In this document: positions 30,280-41,400 of the stretch, in pieces | How positions within the stretch are numbered: position 1 is the first letter of the stretch | How the letters are laid out: the number at the start of each line of letters is the position of its first letter | NCBI GenBank assembly: GCA_039815375.1 | Contig: JBCBZJ010000009.1 | Coordinates: 32,001 to 96,000 of the forward strand | Source of the DNA: Verrucomicrobiota bacterium | GTDB lineage: Bacteria > Verrucomicrobiota > Verrucomicrobiia > Opitutales > Coraliomargaritaceae | Length of the DNA: 64,000 nucleotides | Direction: 5' to 3' | Translations under genes and position numbers: made by a program | Notes under the pieces: model-generated | What the model was told of the DNA's origin: nothing | The model's input: only the letters and a program-made list of their open reading frames with translations | Databases searched by the model: none

Positions 30280-31339
30280 TGTGCGGGATGTTTTCGTTGT
30301 TTCCGGTGCGTGCGGAGGTGTAAACCGTAGTGATGAAACGTGCGACATCCAGTGCTTCATCAAGACTTGCAGCGACTGAAGAGGGCTTGCCCAGAATTGC
30401 GTCCTGGAAGCTTTGCGCCACCTCGCGATGCGAAGTACCATAATAGGCGATCCCCGGTGAATCCTGCGACGACGCTTCGTTGATCGCTTTGAGTTGCTTG
30501 CGGAACCGATGCTGGCGAGCTCGATCCTCCAGTGTGATGCGGAACACCTGATTGGGATGGCTGATGTCAAAAGCAACAAGCCCCTTTGAGCCGATCAATT
30601 CAATGTAGGGGCTCCATCGTGAGCCAGCTGATCCGATTACACTGAGAACGCCGAGTGCGCCACTGGCAAACTGGATGTTTGCGGTAAGTGTATCTTCGGT
30701 ATCCATGGCTTCGGAATAGTTCAGATTTCCCATCCGTGCAAAAACAGACTCTACCGGGCCACCGAAGTGGAGCAGCATGTCGGCGACGTGAAACGCCTGA
30801 TTGATGAGCACCGAACCACCTTCAAGTTCCCAGGAACCGCGCCATGCGCTTTCCTTATAATAGGCGATTGCCTCGCGGAAGCACTCAAGGTGGCCCCGGA
30901 TCAATGAAATGCGCCCCAAGGCACCTTCCTTGATGAGTTCGCCGATGAGTTGAATGACGGCATCATGACGATGCTGAATGACCGGCATCGCAATTGCAGA
31001 ACTGTCTTCTGCCGCGCTGTGGAGGGAGTCTATTTCCTCCATGCTGATCGCCGGGGGTTTTTCGATCAGCACATGCTTACCCGCCTGCAGTGCCTGTGTC
31101 GCCATTGGCACATGTAAATAGTGTGGGACGCAAAGCGAAATCGAGTCGATGCTTTCGTCAGCAAGTAGAGATTCATAGGAATCGATAACACGCGGTATCT
31201 GATTCTTTGTCGCGAAATCCTGCGCGAGTGTTGCGTCCTTATCGACAACAGCAACGAGTTCAATGTGAGGTAAACGTTGAAACGCATCCACGTGGTTAGG
31301 CGCGATTCTTCCGCATCCGATAATTGAGTGATTGAGCAT
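30260..31339 (-). CDS. Gfo/Idh/MocA family NAD(P)-dependent oxidoreductase
   Basis: IIGCGRIA, GKHVLIEKP, GGSVLINQAFHVAD. Confidence 0.92.
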   Translation of the reverse strand: MLNHSIIGCGRIAPNHVDAFQRLPHIELVAVVDKDATLAQDFATKNQIPRVIDSYESLLADESIDSISLCVPHYLHVPMATQALQAGKHVLIEKPPAISMEEIDSLHSAAEDSSAIAMPVIQHRHDAVIQLIGELIKEGALGRISLIRGHLECFREAIAYYKESAWRGSWELEGGSVLINQAFHVADMLLHFGGPVESVFARMGNLNYSEAMDTEDTLTANIQFASGALGVLSVIGSAGSRWSPYIELIGSKGLVAFDISHPNQVFRITLEDRARQHRFRKQLKAINEASSQDSPGIAYYGTSHREVAQSFQDAILGKPSSVAASLDEALDVARFITTVYTSARTGNNENIPHNELITA

Positions 31340-31441
31340 AAAAAGAGCTTACTAATTTACTGTTAGTGTTTGACAATTAAAATAACCTAAAATTAGGGAG
31401 TATATGCTCGTTTGCACATTTCAATTTTATTGCAGGCTACC

Positions 31442-32224
31442 ATGATCCGAAACATTCTTTACGGCACAAATCCCATTGTTTTTCATGCGCACAGCCATTA
31501 CCCGCGGCAGAGGCACTGGCCAAAAATCCGTGAGCATTTCTTTAATTCACAAGAACGTAGCTTAACTGCCTGTAGTGATGTTACGATTGTGACATGTAAT
31601 AACGGGCACAGCGCTATGGGACTTTTTGAGGATAGTCTGGCTCATTTTGGTCTGGACTGTGTCGTCAAGGGGCAGGGGATCGAAAATTGGATCAACAGTG
31701 AGCACAAACCACCTTTAATTCTGGAAGCTGCCGCCGAAACGACGACGCCCTACCTCCTTTATGTGGATTCCCGTGATGCGATTTTGATGGATGATCCGGC
31801 GATCCTGGTGGAGCGTTATGAGGCGCACTTCAGGGACTATGACATGGTTTTTAGTTCAGATCTGCTCAGCTGGCCAACCGTCTCCGAGTTTACGCGATTC
31901 GAACGTCAACTGCCGGGAGCTGCAGATACCGAATTCAAATACCTCAATGGCGGGGTCTGGATGGGACGGACAGATTTTTGTCGTGAATTCTGGGAGCGGG
32001 CCGTCCAAACACCGCCTGTTGAGAACCGTAAAGACTCCGAACAGGGCATACTGCGACGCGTCTTTCAGGAGTTCGTTCCGCGCGTGACAATGGATTATCG
32101 ATGTTCGATGTTCCAAAATATTGGTTTTGTGGAAAAACCGATCTTTGAATTTCTGAGCACCGGGCGAAACACGCTTGATGAGGTCGAGGAGAACGAAGCG
32201 GTGCTCCAGAGCGCAGATCGCTAA
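31442..32224 (+). CDS. PLOD/LH3-type GT-A glycosyltransferase-like protein
   Basis: YVDSRD (DxD-like), VFSSD…WP, YLNGGVWMG, DSEQ, MDYRCSMFQN match the PLOD glycosyltransferase domain. Confidence 0.7.
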   Translation: MIRNILYGTNPIVFHAHSHYPRQRHWPKIREHFFNSQERSLTACSDVTIVTCNNGHSAMGLFEDSLAHFGLDCVVKGQGIENWINSEHKPPLILEAAAETTTPYLLYVDSRDAILMDDPAILVERYEAHFRDYDMVFSSDLLSWPTVSEFTRFERQLPGAADTEFKYLNGGVWMGRTDFCREFWERAVQTPPVENRKDSEQGILRRVFQEFVPRVTMDYRCSMFQNIGFVEKPIFEFLSTGRNTLDEVEENEAVLQSADR

Positions 32225-32299
32225 CCTGGCCAGGGTGAGTCTCTATTCGAAGCGGTGTTCTACTGATTTTTCAAGAAATTACGAATCGAGCGATTGGTC

Positions 32300-35227
32300 G
32301 TGCCATCTGTCGGAACACACTTCAACTACTTCATCTCGGCTTCATCCCGGGCGGCTTTGCTGGATAAGTTGCGTGAGCTGCAGAAGCAGGTGGAGTCGCC
32401 GGGTGCATCCGAGACCTGGATAAAGGGTAATGAGATCGGGCTTACGCGTGAAGCGGGTTCCTTCCGTGCGGCGATTATTTACACCGGGACTTCTGATTTC
32501 ACGGAGGCTCTGGTGTCGGGCATCGAGAGGATGCAGAAGTCTGAGCGTTCCCATCTCCAGACTCGTCAGGGTTTTTATTTTCATAAGGTCGATGAAGTTG
32601 CGGTTGGTGGACAACTCGCCTTCGTCTACCCCGGGTTTGGCTCCGAGTACGCCGGTATGGGAGCAAGTTATAACGGATTGGAACCAATCGTCGAAGAATG
32701 GTTTCAGCATATTGATGACGAGCTAAAAGGATGGTTTTACCAATCCGGCTCCGGGGGCGCAGCAGAGAGTGGAAAGCGTCTGGGAGAGTATGGTCAGAGT
32801 GGCCACCTGCTGGCGATGGGATTGATGGATATCCTGCAACATCACGGGCTGGAACCCGATGTGATCGCAGGGCACAGTAATGGCGAAAACTCTGCGCTGT
32901 ATGCGGCCGGGTTTGTTACATGCGAAAGCCGTGAGCAGGAGTTGCAGGTCATGGCCGAAGTCAATACTACGGCAAATTCGAATGCAGAAACGGTTGGCGA
33001 GTTTATCATCGTGGGCCAGATCGGGAGAGGTGCGCTGGATGCGGTTTTGAGCGAATTCGACGGCGAAGTGGTGGTGGCAATGGAAAACTGCGCCAACCAG
33101 TTTGTATTGTTTGCCACATCGCTGGTCTCAATGGATGCACTGATCGCCAGAATACTTGAAAGTCGGGGCATCGCCTTTCCCTTTTCGCGGAATCAGGGTT
33201 TCCACACTCGCTTTTTCAAGAATCAGGAAAGCCGTATTGATGCAACTTTCGAGCGCCTGGCAATCGGAGTCGGACATAAGCCGCTCTATAGTTGCATAAC
33301 GGGAGAGCTGTTCCCGTTGGAGTCCGTTGCGATTGTTGCGACGGCGAAACGCCAGTGGTTCGAAGAGGTGCGCTTCCGCAGTATGATTGAACAGATGTAT
33401 GAGGACGGCGTGCGTCAGTTTATAGAAGTAGGTCCGAATAACCGTCTATGCGGATTCATTGGCGATATTCTGCGTGGCCGGGGGTGCTTGATTGTGGCAT
33501 CAAGTGTCACCACACGCGGGGGATGTGAACAGATCGCACACTTGCTCGGGCAGTGTTTTGTTTTCGGCCTGAATGTTCAGGGTCTCGGTGCGGAAGAGAA
33601 CTCTGTGAAAAAGCACGAGCCCATCCCGGTTGCCCAAACTGAAGCGCCTTTGCCGAGAGCAAAGGCGGTAGTTAGCTCTGTGCCTCAAGTTGCGCCGACG
33701 ACCTCGCCGCTTCGCGCTGCGATCATGATGCGGCACGAGGCGCTGATGCGTGCCTATTTGCATACCGAAGAACAGGTCAGTAGCTCGATCTTCAGCCATT
33801 TGAGCAGAGAGCCCCGGATTCCAGAAGTGATTGATCCGCAGAGTTCCGGTCCCTCCTCTGAGGGTGGGTCGATGGCTATGCCCTGTATCGGTCATCAGTA
33901 TGAGCTGCACTCAGGGCACTTACTTGGGCAGCGGAGCCTCTGTCGTGATACGGATGCTTACATATTCGACCATACTTTTGGTAAATCGACAGCTACGGGA
34001 GAACACGGGCCTCTTCCGGTTCTACCCTTTGCAATTAGCGTGGAAACTGCAGTTGAGGCTGCGAGCTTGATTCATGGAGAACGTTTGAGCCGTTTCGAAC
34101 TTGTGAATGTGCGGGGCATGGAGTGGGTGATACTACGCGAGCAGCAGCAGCCGCTGGTTATCGAAGCAAGTCAAGTGCAGTCGAATACGGTAAATGTGCA
34201 GTTGAAGCATGTGAAAGCATCAGGTGAAGAGCCGAGCCTCTTCTGGTCGGGTGATGTCATTGCGCTGGATGAATCGACGGATGCGATTCCTTGCCTGGAA
34301 TTGAATCGCCGGGCTCTGCGTAAGCCTCATTCCAGCGCTCAGGACTACTATCGCGATGTCTTGTTCCATGGTCCCATGTTTCAGGGGATCGCCGAGGTCT
34401 CCGGTTTTAGTGATGACTCGATTGAGGCAATTTTGCAGATGCCTGATTTTTCACGAGCTGTGAACGGATATACGGCGACTCAATTTTTAACGTCGCCGCC
34501 GCTGGCAGATTGTGTCGGGCAGTTGGCAGCTTTCTGGGCGCTTGAATATTTGGATGACCCGGAGTTGGCAGCCTTTCCTTTTAAGATTGAGCGGGTGCGC
34601 TACTATAGGTCCATTCCCACGGCAGGTGAACGTATCCATTGTGTGGGTAAAGTCCGTGTCATCGGACAGTCGATTCTGGAGGCTGATTTCGACTATTTTA
34701 CAGAAGAGGGGCAGCTCTATGCGCAATATCGCGGGTTCTCTCAACGCTTCTATCGCAACCGTTTCATACCGCGTATGGTCTATCAGCAACCCTCTGCAGT
34801 TCATTTTTCCGATCTGGAAACACATTCGCAGGAGGGGGAGTCGACTCTGCGCAGCGTTAGTGATGATGCGATTCCCTTCCTAATGGGTAGCGATGGATTT
34901 TGGGCCAATGTTTTGGCTTATCTGGTCTTGTCGCCCAGCGAGCGCCAAGAGTGGCTTGATCTAACGCGTGATCAAGTAGAACGGGAGCCTGTGCAATGGC
35001 TGGTGCGTCGGGCTCTGGTTAAAGACATCTATCGTTACTGGTTGAAAAGATGCCATGAGAGACCCTGTTCTTTGCTGGACTTATCGATTGAGGAATGCGG
35101 CCTGGACCAGTTCAACGTTATGCAGGCGAATTCCGATTCTCAATCGCTTCGAGTTTCTTTGGTGAAGCATGCGAAACGATTGGAAGGGTGGTTTCAGGCT
35201 GAGGAAAGCGCCGTTTTTATCGATTGA
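32300..35227 (+). CDS. KS-less PKS subunit: AT-DH-degenerate PPTase-like
   Basis: AT FVYPGFG…GHSNGE…GFH…EVGP; DH DHTFG…LPVLP and DCVGQ; C-terminal LSPSER…WLVRRALVKD; start uncertain (TTG 32294 or GTG 32300). Confidence 0.8.
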   Translation: MPSVGTHFNYFISASSRAALLDKLRELQKQVESPGASETWIKGNEIGLTREAGSFRAAIIYTGTSDFTEALVSGIERMQKSERSHLQTRQGFYFHKVDEVAVGGQLAFVYPGFGSEYAGMGASYNGLEPIVEEWFQHIDDELKGWFYQSGSGGAAESGKRLGEYGQSGHLLAMGLMDILQHHGLEPDVIAGHSNGENSALYAAGFVTCESREQELQVMAEVNTTANSNAETVGEFIIVGQIGRGALDAVLSEFDGEVVVAMENCANQFVLFATSLVSMDALIARILESRGIAFPFSRNQGFHTRFFKNQESRIDATFERLAIGVGHKPLYSCITGELFPLESVAIVATAKRQWFEEVRFRSMIEQMYEDGVRQFIEVGPNNRLCGFIGDILRGRGCLIVASSVTTRGGCEQIAHLLGQCFVFGLNVQGLGAEENSVKKHEPIPVAQTEAPLPRAKAVVSSVPQVAPTTSPLRAAIMMRHEALMRAYLHTEEQVSSSIFSHLSREPRIPEVIDPQSSGPSSEGGSMAMPCIGHQYELHSGHLLGQRSLCRDTDAYIFDHTFGKSTATGEHGPLPVLPFAISVETAVEAASLIHGERLSRFELVNVRGMEWVILREQQQPLVIEASQVQSNTVNVQLKHVKASGEEPSLFWSGDVIALDESTDAIPCLELNRRALRKPHSSAQDYYRDVLFHGPMFQGIAEVSGFSDDSIEAILQMPDFSRAVNGYTATQFLTSPPLADCVGQLAAFWALEYLDDPELAAFPFKIERVRYYRSIPTAGERIHCVGKVRVIGQSILEADFDYFTEEGQLYAQYRGFSQRFYRNRFIPRMVYQQPSAVHFSDLETHSQEGESTLRSVSDDAIPFLMGSDGFWANVLAYLVLSPSERQEWLDLTRDQVEREPVQWLVRRALVKDIYRYWLKRCHERPCSLLDLSIEECGLDQFNVMQANSDSQSLRVSLVKHAKRLEGWFQAEESAVFID

Positions 35228-35447
35228 AAAGGACGTTAGAGAAAATTCTATTTTAAATTCTTTCTTTGGCGTTAGTTTTCTGATTCAGAATGTCGGTCCT
35301 TGTATTAAACAGTCTATTATTTGATAGGTTTGAAATTTTCCACAATCCAACCTGATGCCATGAGTCCATTGCCTTTCAGGTTTACGTTTTCTTTGCAACT
35401 TCCTGATCAGGTAAGTGGATGCGAAAAGTAGATAAGGTCCCGACAAT

Positions 35448-38400
35448 ATGAAAAATTCGGTAACTGAACGGTTCGAATGCCTGGTTTTCACCCCACTGCA
35501 TCTGGATCATCCTGGATTAGCCATTGCTGCTGCTCAAGCAGGTGCCGTTCCGGTTTTTGATTTTGAATATGCTGCCTCGGAGTATGGATCGCAGATTCAG
35601 GCTAATTTTCGACGATTCCTCGATGCGACTGATGCCGGGACGACTTGTTACGGAATTCGCAGTACACCGGAGCAATTGGCACGGTGTCTCGAGTGGATTG
35701 GAACAGAAGAGACGCCATTGTGTGACCGTATTATCCTCCATGGTTGGATGTCTGATAAGCTGGCAGCCACTTTGGACGAAATTGAGCCCACTGGGTGCAG
35801 GCTTTTTTTGGAAGTTACCAGTGCATCGGAGATTGAGCCGATCCGTGAGTATTTGCCGAAGATCGATGGTTTAGTAGGAAAGGGTAACGAATCGGGCGGC
35901 CGTGTTGGAACCGAGTCCTCTTATGTGTTGATTCAAAAGCTAATCGATGCGCAGGAGCTACCGGTTTATGTTCGTGGCGGTATTGGCGCGCATAGTGCCG
36001 CAGCCTGTCGTGTGCTCGGAGCTTCAGGTATTGTTTTGGATGACACGCTCTGGCTCTTTCCTGAATCACCGTTATGCCACTCTCTGGGCCCGGTTCTGCG
36101 GCGGGTGGATGTTAAAGACAGTATCATCGTCGGTGCAGAATTGGGAGCGGGTTGCCGTTTCTTGCAACGTCCGGACCTGCCTGCTGCTAGAGGTTTGGTC
36201 GATCATGCACGTCAACTCGAAGCGGCGCTTGAACGTCGCGGTGAGTCGGCAGTCCAAGCGGAGTGGCTTAGCTGTTTGAGCGATGAGTTGGGCTTTGAGG
36301 AGAAGCCGAACGGCGTAATGCCTGTATTGCCACTGGGGCCATTGGCCGTCTTCAGTGATGCCTACGCGAAGCGCTTCAAGAGCTTGGCGCGCTACATTCA
36401 TCACATTCTCAGCTCGAGTACTGAAGCGGTGAAGCAGAGCCGCCTACAATCCACGCTTGCGCCGGACTCCCCGATGGCGGTGGATCATGGCACAAGGTAT
36501 CCGATTGTACAGGGGCCGATGACACGTGTCAGCGATCGTGCCGAGTTTGCCGTTCGTCTGGCTGAGTCAGGCGGCCTGCCGATGCTGGCGCTCGCGCTTA
36601 TGCGAGCCGAGCAGGTGAAAACACTTCTGGATGAGACTCGTGCTTCGATAGGCGATCAAGCTTGGGGTGTTGGTTTGCTTGGTTTCGCACCGAAGGATTT
36701 GCTGGATGCCCAGATCAAGGAAGTGCTCCGAGTAAAGCCGGGATTTGCCTTGCTGGCCGGTGGCCGCCCAACTCAGGCGGGGATACTCGAGGCTGAAGGA
36801 ATCAAAACCTACATTCACGCGCCGGTTCCCAGTTTACTGACGAATTTTTTAGAGCAAGGTGCACGACGTTTTGTTTTGGAAGGACGTGAATGTGGAGGCC
36901 ACGTTGGGCCTCTAAGTAGTTTCGTTCTTTGGGAAGAAGCGATCGAGGTTCTGCTACGGCACAGTCGCAGTAAACAGGCCGAGCCAGTCAGTGTGCTGTT
37001 TGCCGGTGGTATTCATGACCGGCGCTCGGCGGCAATGGTTGCTGCTATGGCGGCTCCCTTAGTCGATGCTGGTGCCCGGGTCGGTGTATTGATGGGGACT
37101 CCCTATATCTTTACACAGGAAGCGGTGGAGACCGGCGCGATTATGTCGGAGTTTCAGCAACAGGCTCGTATTTGTGAGCGCACTACGATTATCGAATCAA
37201 GTCCCGGACATCAGATCCGTTGTTCGACCACTCCGTTTATGGATGAGTTTCGCCGGGCCCGCCGAAGTTATCTCGAGCAGGGGCTGTCTGGGGTGGAGAT
37301 AAAGGATGCGCTGGAGCACCTGTCTCTGGGTCGTTTAAGAATCGCTTCAAAAGGTGTTACGCGAAGTAAGGATGGGGGACTGGAGGAGGTGTCTGCCGAG
37401 GACCAGGTTCGTGATGGCATGTATATGCTTGGCGATACGGCAACCATGCATGCGGATACCTGCTCACTTGAGGAGTTGCATCGCGAAGTTTCGATCGGCT
37501 GTGTGGATTGGCTTCAAGAGTTGGACTTTTCCGAGCCGCCTCGCGAGCCGGTTGCTGCACGGCCCTGTCAGGTAGCGGTGGTCGGTATGGCCGCCTTCCT
37601 GCCGGGGGCTGAAGATGTGGATGCGTATTGGCGCAACCTTCTGGATCTGGAGGATTCGATGAAGGAGATTCCGCAAGAGTACTGGGACTGGCGCCTGTAT
37701 TATCAGGATTTGCAGTCCGGTGAAGAACGTAATCTGGATCAAACTGTTTCCAAGTGGGGCGGCTTTATCAAGGAAGTGCCCTTCAATCCGATTCAATATG
37801 GTATTCCGCCAAACTCACTTAAGCGGATCAGTCCGGCACAGTTGCTGGCATTGGAAAGTGTCTATCGCACGGTGCAGGATGCAGGCTATTCCTTTGATGA
37901 AATTGATCGGGAAAACACGTCGGTTATTTTCGGGACGGATGGCAGCAGTCCGTTAAAAGGACACTTCATTTTTCGCACCCTGATGCCTTTGTTTCACTAT
38001 CGTGATGATTCGATTATGGATCGTTTACCTGAATGGGGTGAGGAGGCTTTTCCGGGGATTCTGGCCAATGTCGGACCGGGGCGGGTTGCCAATCGCTTTG
38101 ATCTGGGCGGAACGAATTTTGTAGTGGATGCGGCCTGCGCCTCTTCCCTCAAGGCGATTGATTTAGCGGTGCAGGAACTTGAATCGGGGCGGAGTAATTG
38201 CGTCATTGCCGGCGGGGTTGACATTGACCAGTCGCCGGAAGCTTACGTAGCATTCAGCAGTTCACACGCGCTTTCACCGACCGGACGGGTACGGACTTTT
38301 GATCAATCGGCAGACGGTATTGTTATTAGTGAGGGTATTTCCGTTGTCATGCTGAAGCGTCTTGAAGACGCGGAGCGTGATGGAGACCGGATTTATTCGG

Positions 38401-41400
38401 TCATTCAAGGTGTAGGCAGTTCCAGTGATGGCAAGGCGCTTGGCTTAACGGCCCCGAACACGAGCGGTCAGAAACGGGCCTTTGAGCGGGCCTATCGCCT
38501 CTCAGGAGTAGACCCGAAAACACTCGGCTATTACGAGGCGCATGGCACGGGAACCGTCCTGGGTGACCGGACCGAACTTCAGTCTTTTCACAATTTGCTG
38601 AGTGATTCCGGTGCGGAGCCACAATCCTGTGCAATAGGTTCGCATAAAACCCTGATTGGTCATACAAAAACGGCGGCCGGGGTCACTGGTTTGATTAAAT
38701 CAAGCCTATCGCTCTATCACCGGGTCCTGCCTCCCCACAAAGGTGTCGAGGCACCGATTGATGGCGTGCAGAGCAAGGAAGACCCGGTTTGTATTATGGA
38801 TCGTGCCTCGCCATGGTGTGCTCAGGGTCAGAAACGGCGTTCGGCCGTGAGTGCGTTCGGTTTCGGTGGCACAAATACGCATATCGTGCTTGAGGAATAC
38901 ACTGCTTCGGGGCGTGATTTAGCCCCGGGTGCTGCAAAATGGCCCTGTGAGCTTTGCATATTCACGGCAAAGGACGAAATCTCTCTAGTTAATGAACTGT
39001 CCGGGCACCTTAAGTTGCTGGAGTCGGCAGAAAGCAAAATCCGCTTATCTGATTATGCTTACAGCCTTGCCCATGAAGCGGAGACAAAAACTGATTGTTC
39101 CCATGCTTTGACAGTGATTGCTCAAAACCTGGAGGAATTGAGGAAGGCGCTTGAATCCACACTCAAGATTTTGAGCGAGTCTCAATCGGAGCGCCGCTTC
39201 CCTTCGCATATTCGGTTTGCAGCCGCTCGACACGAGGCCGCAAAGATCGCCTTTGTCTTTCCCGGGCAAGGGGCCCAATACATCAATATGGCGCGTGAGT
39301 CGGCGCTCTATTTCGATGAGATCCGAAGTGTATTTGAGCGGGCGAACCAAGCGCTCGACGGCTGCTACGAAAAGCCTTTATCACGTTATGTCTTTCCTTC
39401 TGCGGCCTTCACGGAAGCAGATCGCGAGGAGCAGCGTTCCAGCCTTACGGATACCCATGTTGCGCAGGTTGCAATCGGCTCGGTCTCCCTCGGCTACTAT
39501 CACCTGTTGGAGCGTTTGGGAATCTCACCCGATGCGGTATGCGGACATAGTTATGGTGAATTTGTCGCGCTGCATGTTGCCGGTGCCTACAGCGAGGAGG
39601 CCTTTTTAAAGCTCTCTGAAGTGCGCGGTCGAGAGATGGCAAGCGCCTCTGCACTGGGAGGCGGTATGCTGGTCTGTTTCGCGGAGCGTCAGCAGATAAC
39701 GGAGTTGGCTCGGGAAATCGGCGAAGACCTCTGCATCTCGAATCATAACGCGCCGCGACAGGTCGTTCTTGCCGGAACGACCGATGCAGTGGAACGGATG
39801 ATTGCAGTCTGTGATCAGAAAGAGATTCGCTATCGCCGACTCAATGTTGCCGGACCGTTTCATTCGAGCTTAATGGAGCCCGCAAAAGCTCCGCTGGTTG
39901 AGGCGATTCGATCTGTAGAATGGTCTGAGCCCAAGATCCCGGTTTACTCGAATATGGATGGCGAATGCTATCCTGAAGATATTGATGGCCTGAAGGATTG
40001 CCTGGAGCGTCATCTTCTTCATTCGGTCGAGTTTGTCTCCCAGATCGAGCAGATGCATGCCGATGGAGTAGACCTTTTTATCGAGTGTGGTCCGAACGGG
40101 TTGTTTTCCAAGATGATTGGGCAGATCCTGGAGGGCGAAGATCATCTTGCCCTTTCGCTAGATCGTGATGAGGGGGCGATAAGCCATCTGTTGGGTTGCC
40201 TGGCACAGTTGTTCAACCTTGGCGTTTGGCGGCTTCCCCTCCGATTGTTCAGCGGGCGGGATGTCACTTTCCTCGACTTTGCCGAGTTGCGGCAGCAGGC
40301 CGCTGAGGCGAGAAGCCAAGGTCCGGCTCCTCTTTGGTATGTCGATGGCTCCGGTTGTCGAGCTGCTAACGAGAAATTGAAACATCCAGGTAAACTCTCA
40401 CCACTCACTTACGAAGAATCATTGGAACTTATGGAGAAGCAACAACGGTTGGAAACAGGCCAGAGTCCTGGTCATCACAATGGCTCGCACAACGGAGAGC
40501 ATGTCGTTATTCCGTCATCGCAGACCTCTAAGAATGGAACTTCGCATGCCTCAGGCACACCTTCGGCGTCTCCTGCTGCGGCGAAGCCGCAGACCCTTCA
40601 CAGCATGCCCATGCCAACGAGCAATGTTGGAGGCCTTCAACCCAGCGAGGCACTTGCCGCTTACGAATCATACCAGCAAACCATGCAGCAGTTTCTGAAA
40701 ATGGAAGAGTCGATTATGACGCGCTTCTTGCAGGGAGGCGTTGCACCTCCACATGATGTGGGCGATTTGAAGAACTCCATGGTCTCTGCACCTGCACCGG
40801 AGTTCGTTGCCGCGCCATCCCATGCAGTATCAAATTCAAATGGTGTTGCCCCTTCAGACATGTTAGCGGAACCAACTTCGCGTGCACCGGAGTCACCGCC
40901 GCAGGTTCCGGTAAACGCGGCTGAGGAAATGCCTCAAGCTGCTGAGTCGAGTGCAGCTTCGCCCGCTGCAACCGAGGTTGCCGAGAGCACAACAGTTGAC
41001 ACCCCGGATCGTGCACAAATGCAGGCCAGTCTGTTGGGTCTGGTTAGTCAACTCACAGGCTATCCTGAAGACCTTCTTGAGCTGGACAGCGATCTGGAGT
41101 CCGAGCTTGGGATCGACTCGATCAAAAGAATTGAGATTTTAACCAAGGTCATGGACCTACTGCCGTCGAGCATGAAGAAAGGGCTGAACGCCCAGTTTGA
41201 GCACCTTACTCAGATAAAGACACTGTCGGGTATTCTGGACGAGTTTGAAGCCTTTCTCGAATCTGCCGCTGCGGAGACAAGTGCGCCGGTCTCATCGGAA
41301 AAATTAGTTAAACTTCCATCAGGGCCAATCAATGCAACGGATGCCTTGAGTGAGTCGACTTGTCCGCTTTCGGTGATGGTTAGTGAACGCACGGAGCTTC

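Noticed and set aside
30280..30579. 100-aa N-terminal extension of the aminotransferase ORF
   Set aside because: Lies within the oxidoreductase gene in another frame; the likely start is 30279
40440..41010. Ala/Pro/Ser-rich stretch as a repeat or extra ACPs
   Set aside because: Low-complexity inter-domain linker with no DNA tandem repeat and no second GxDS motif
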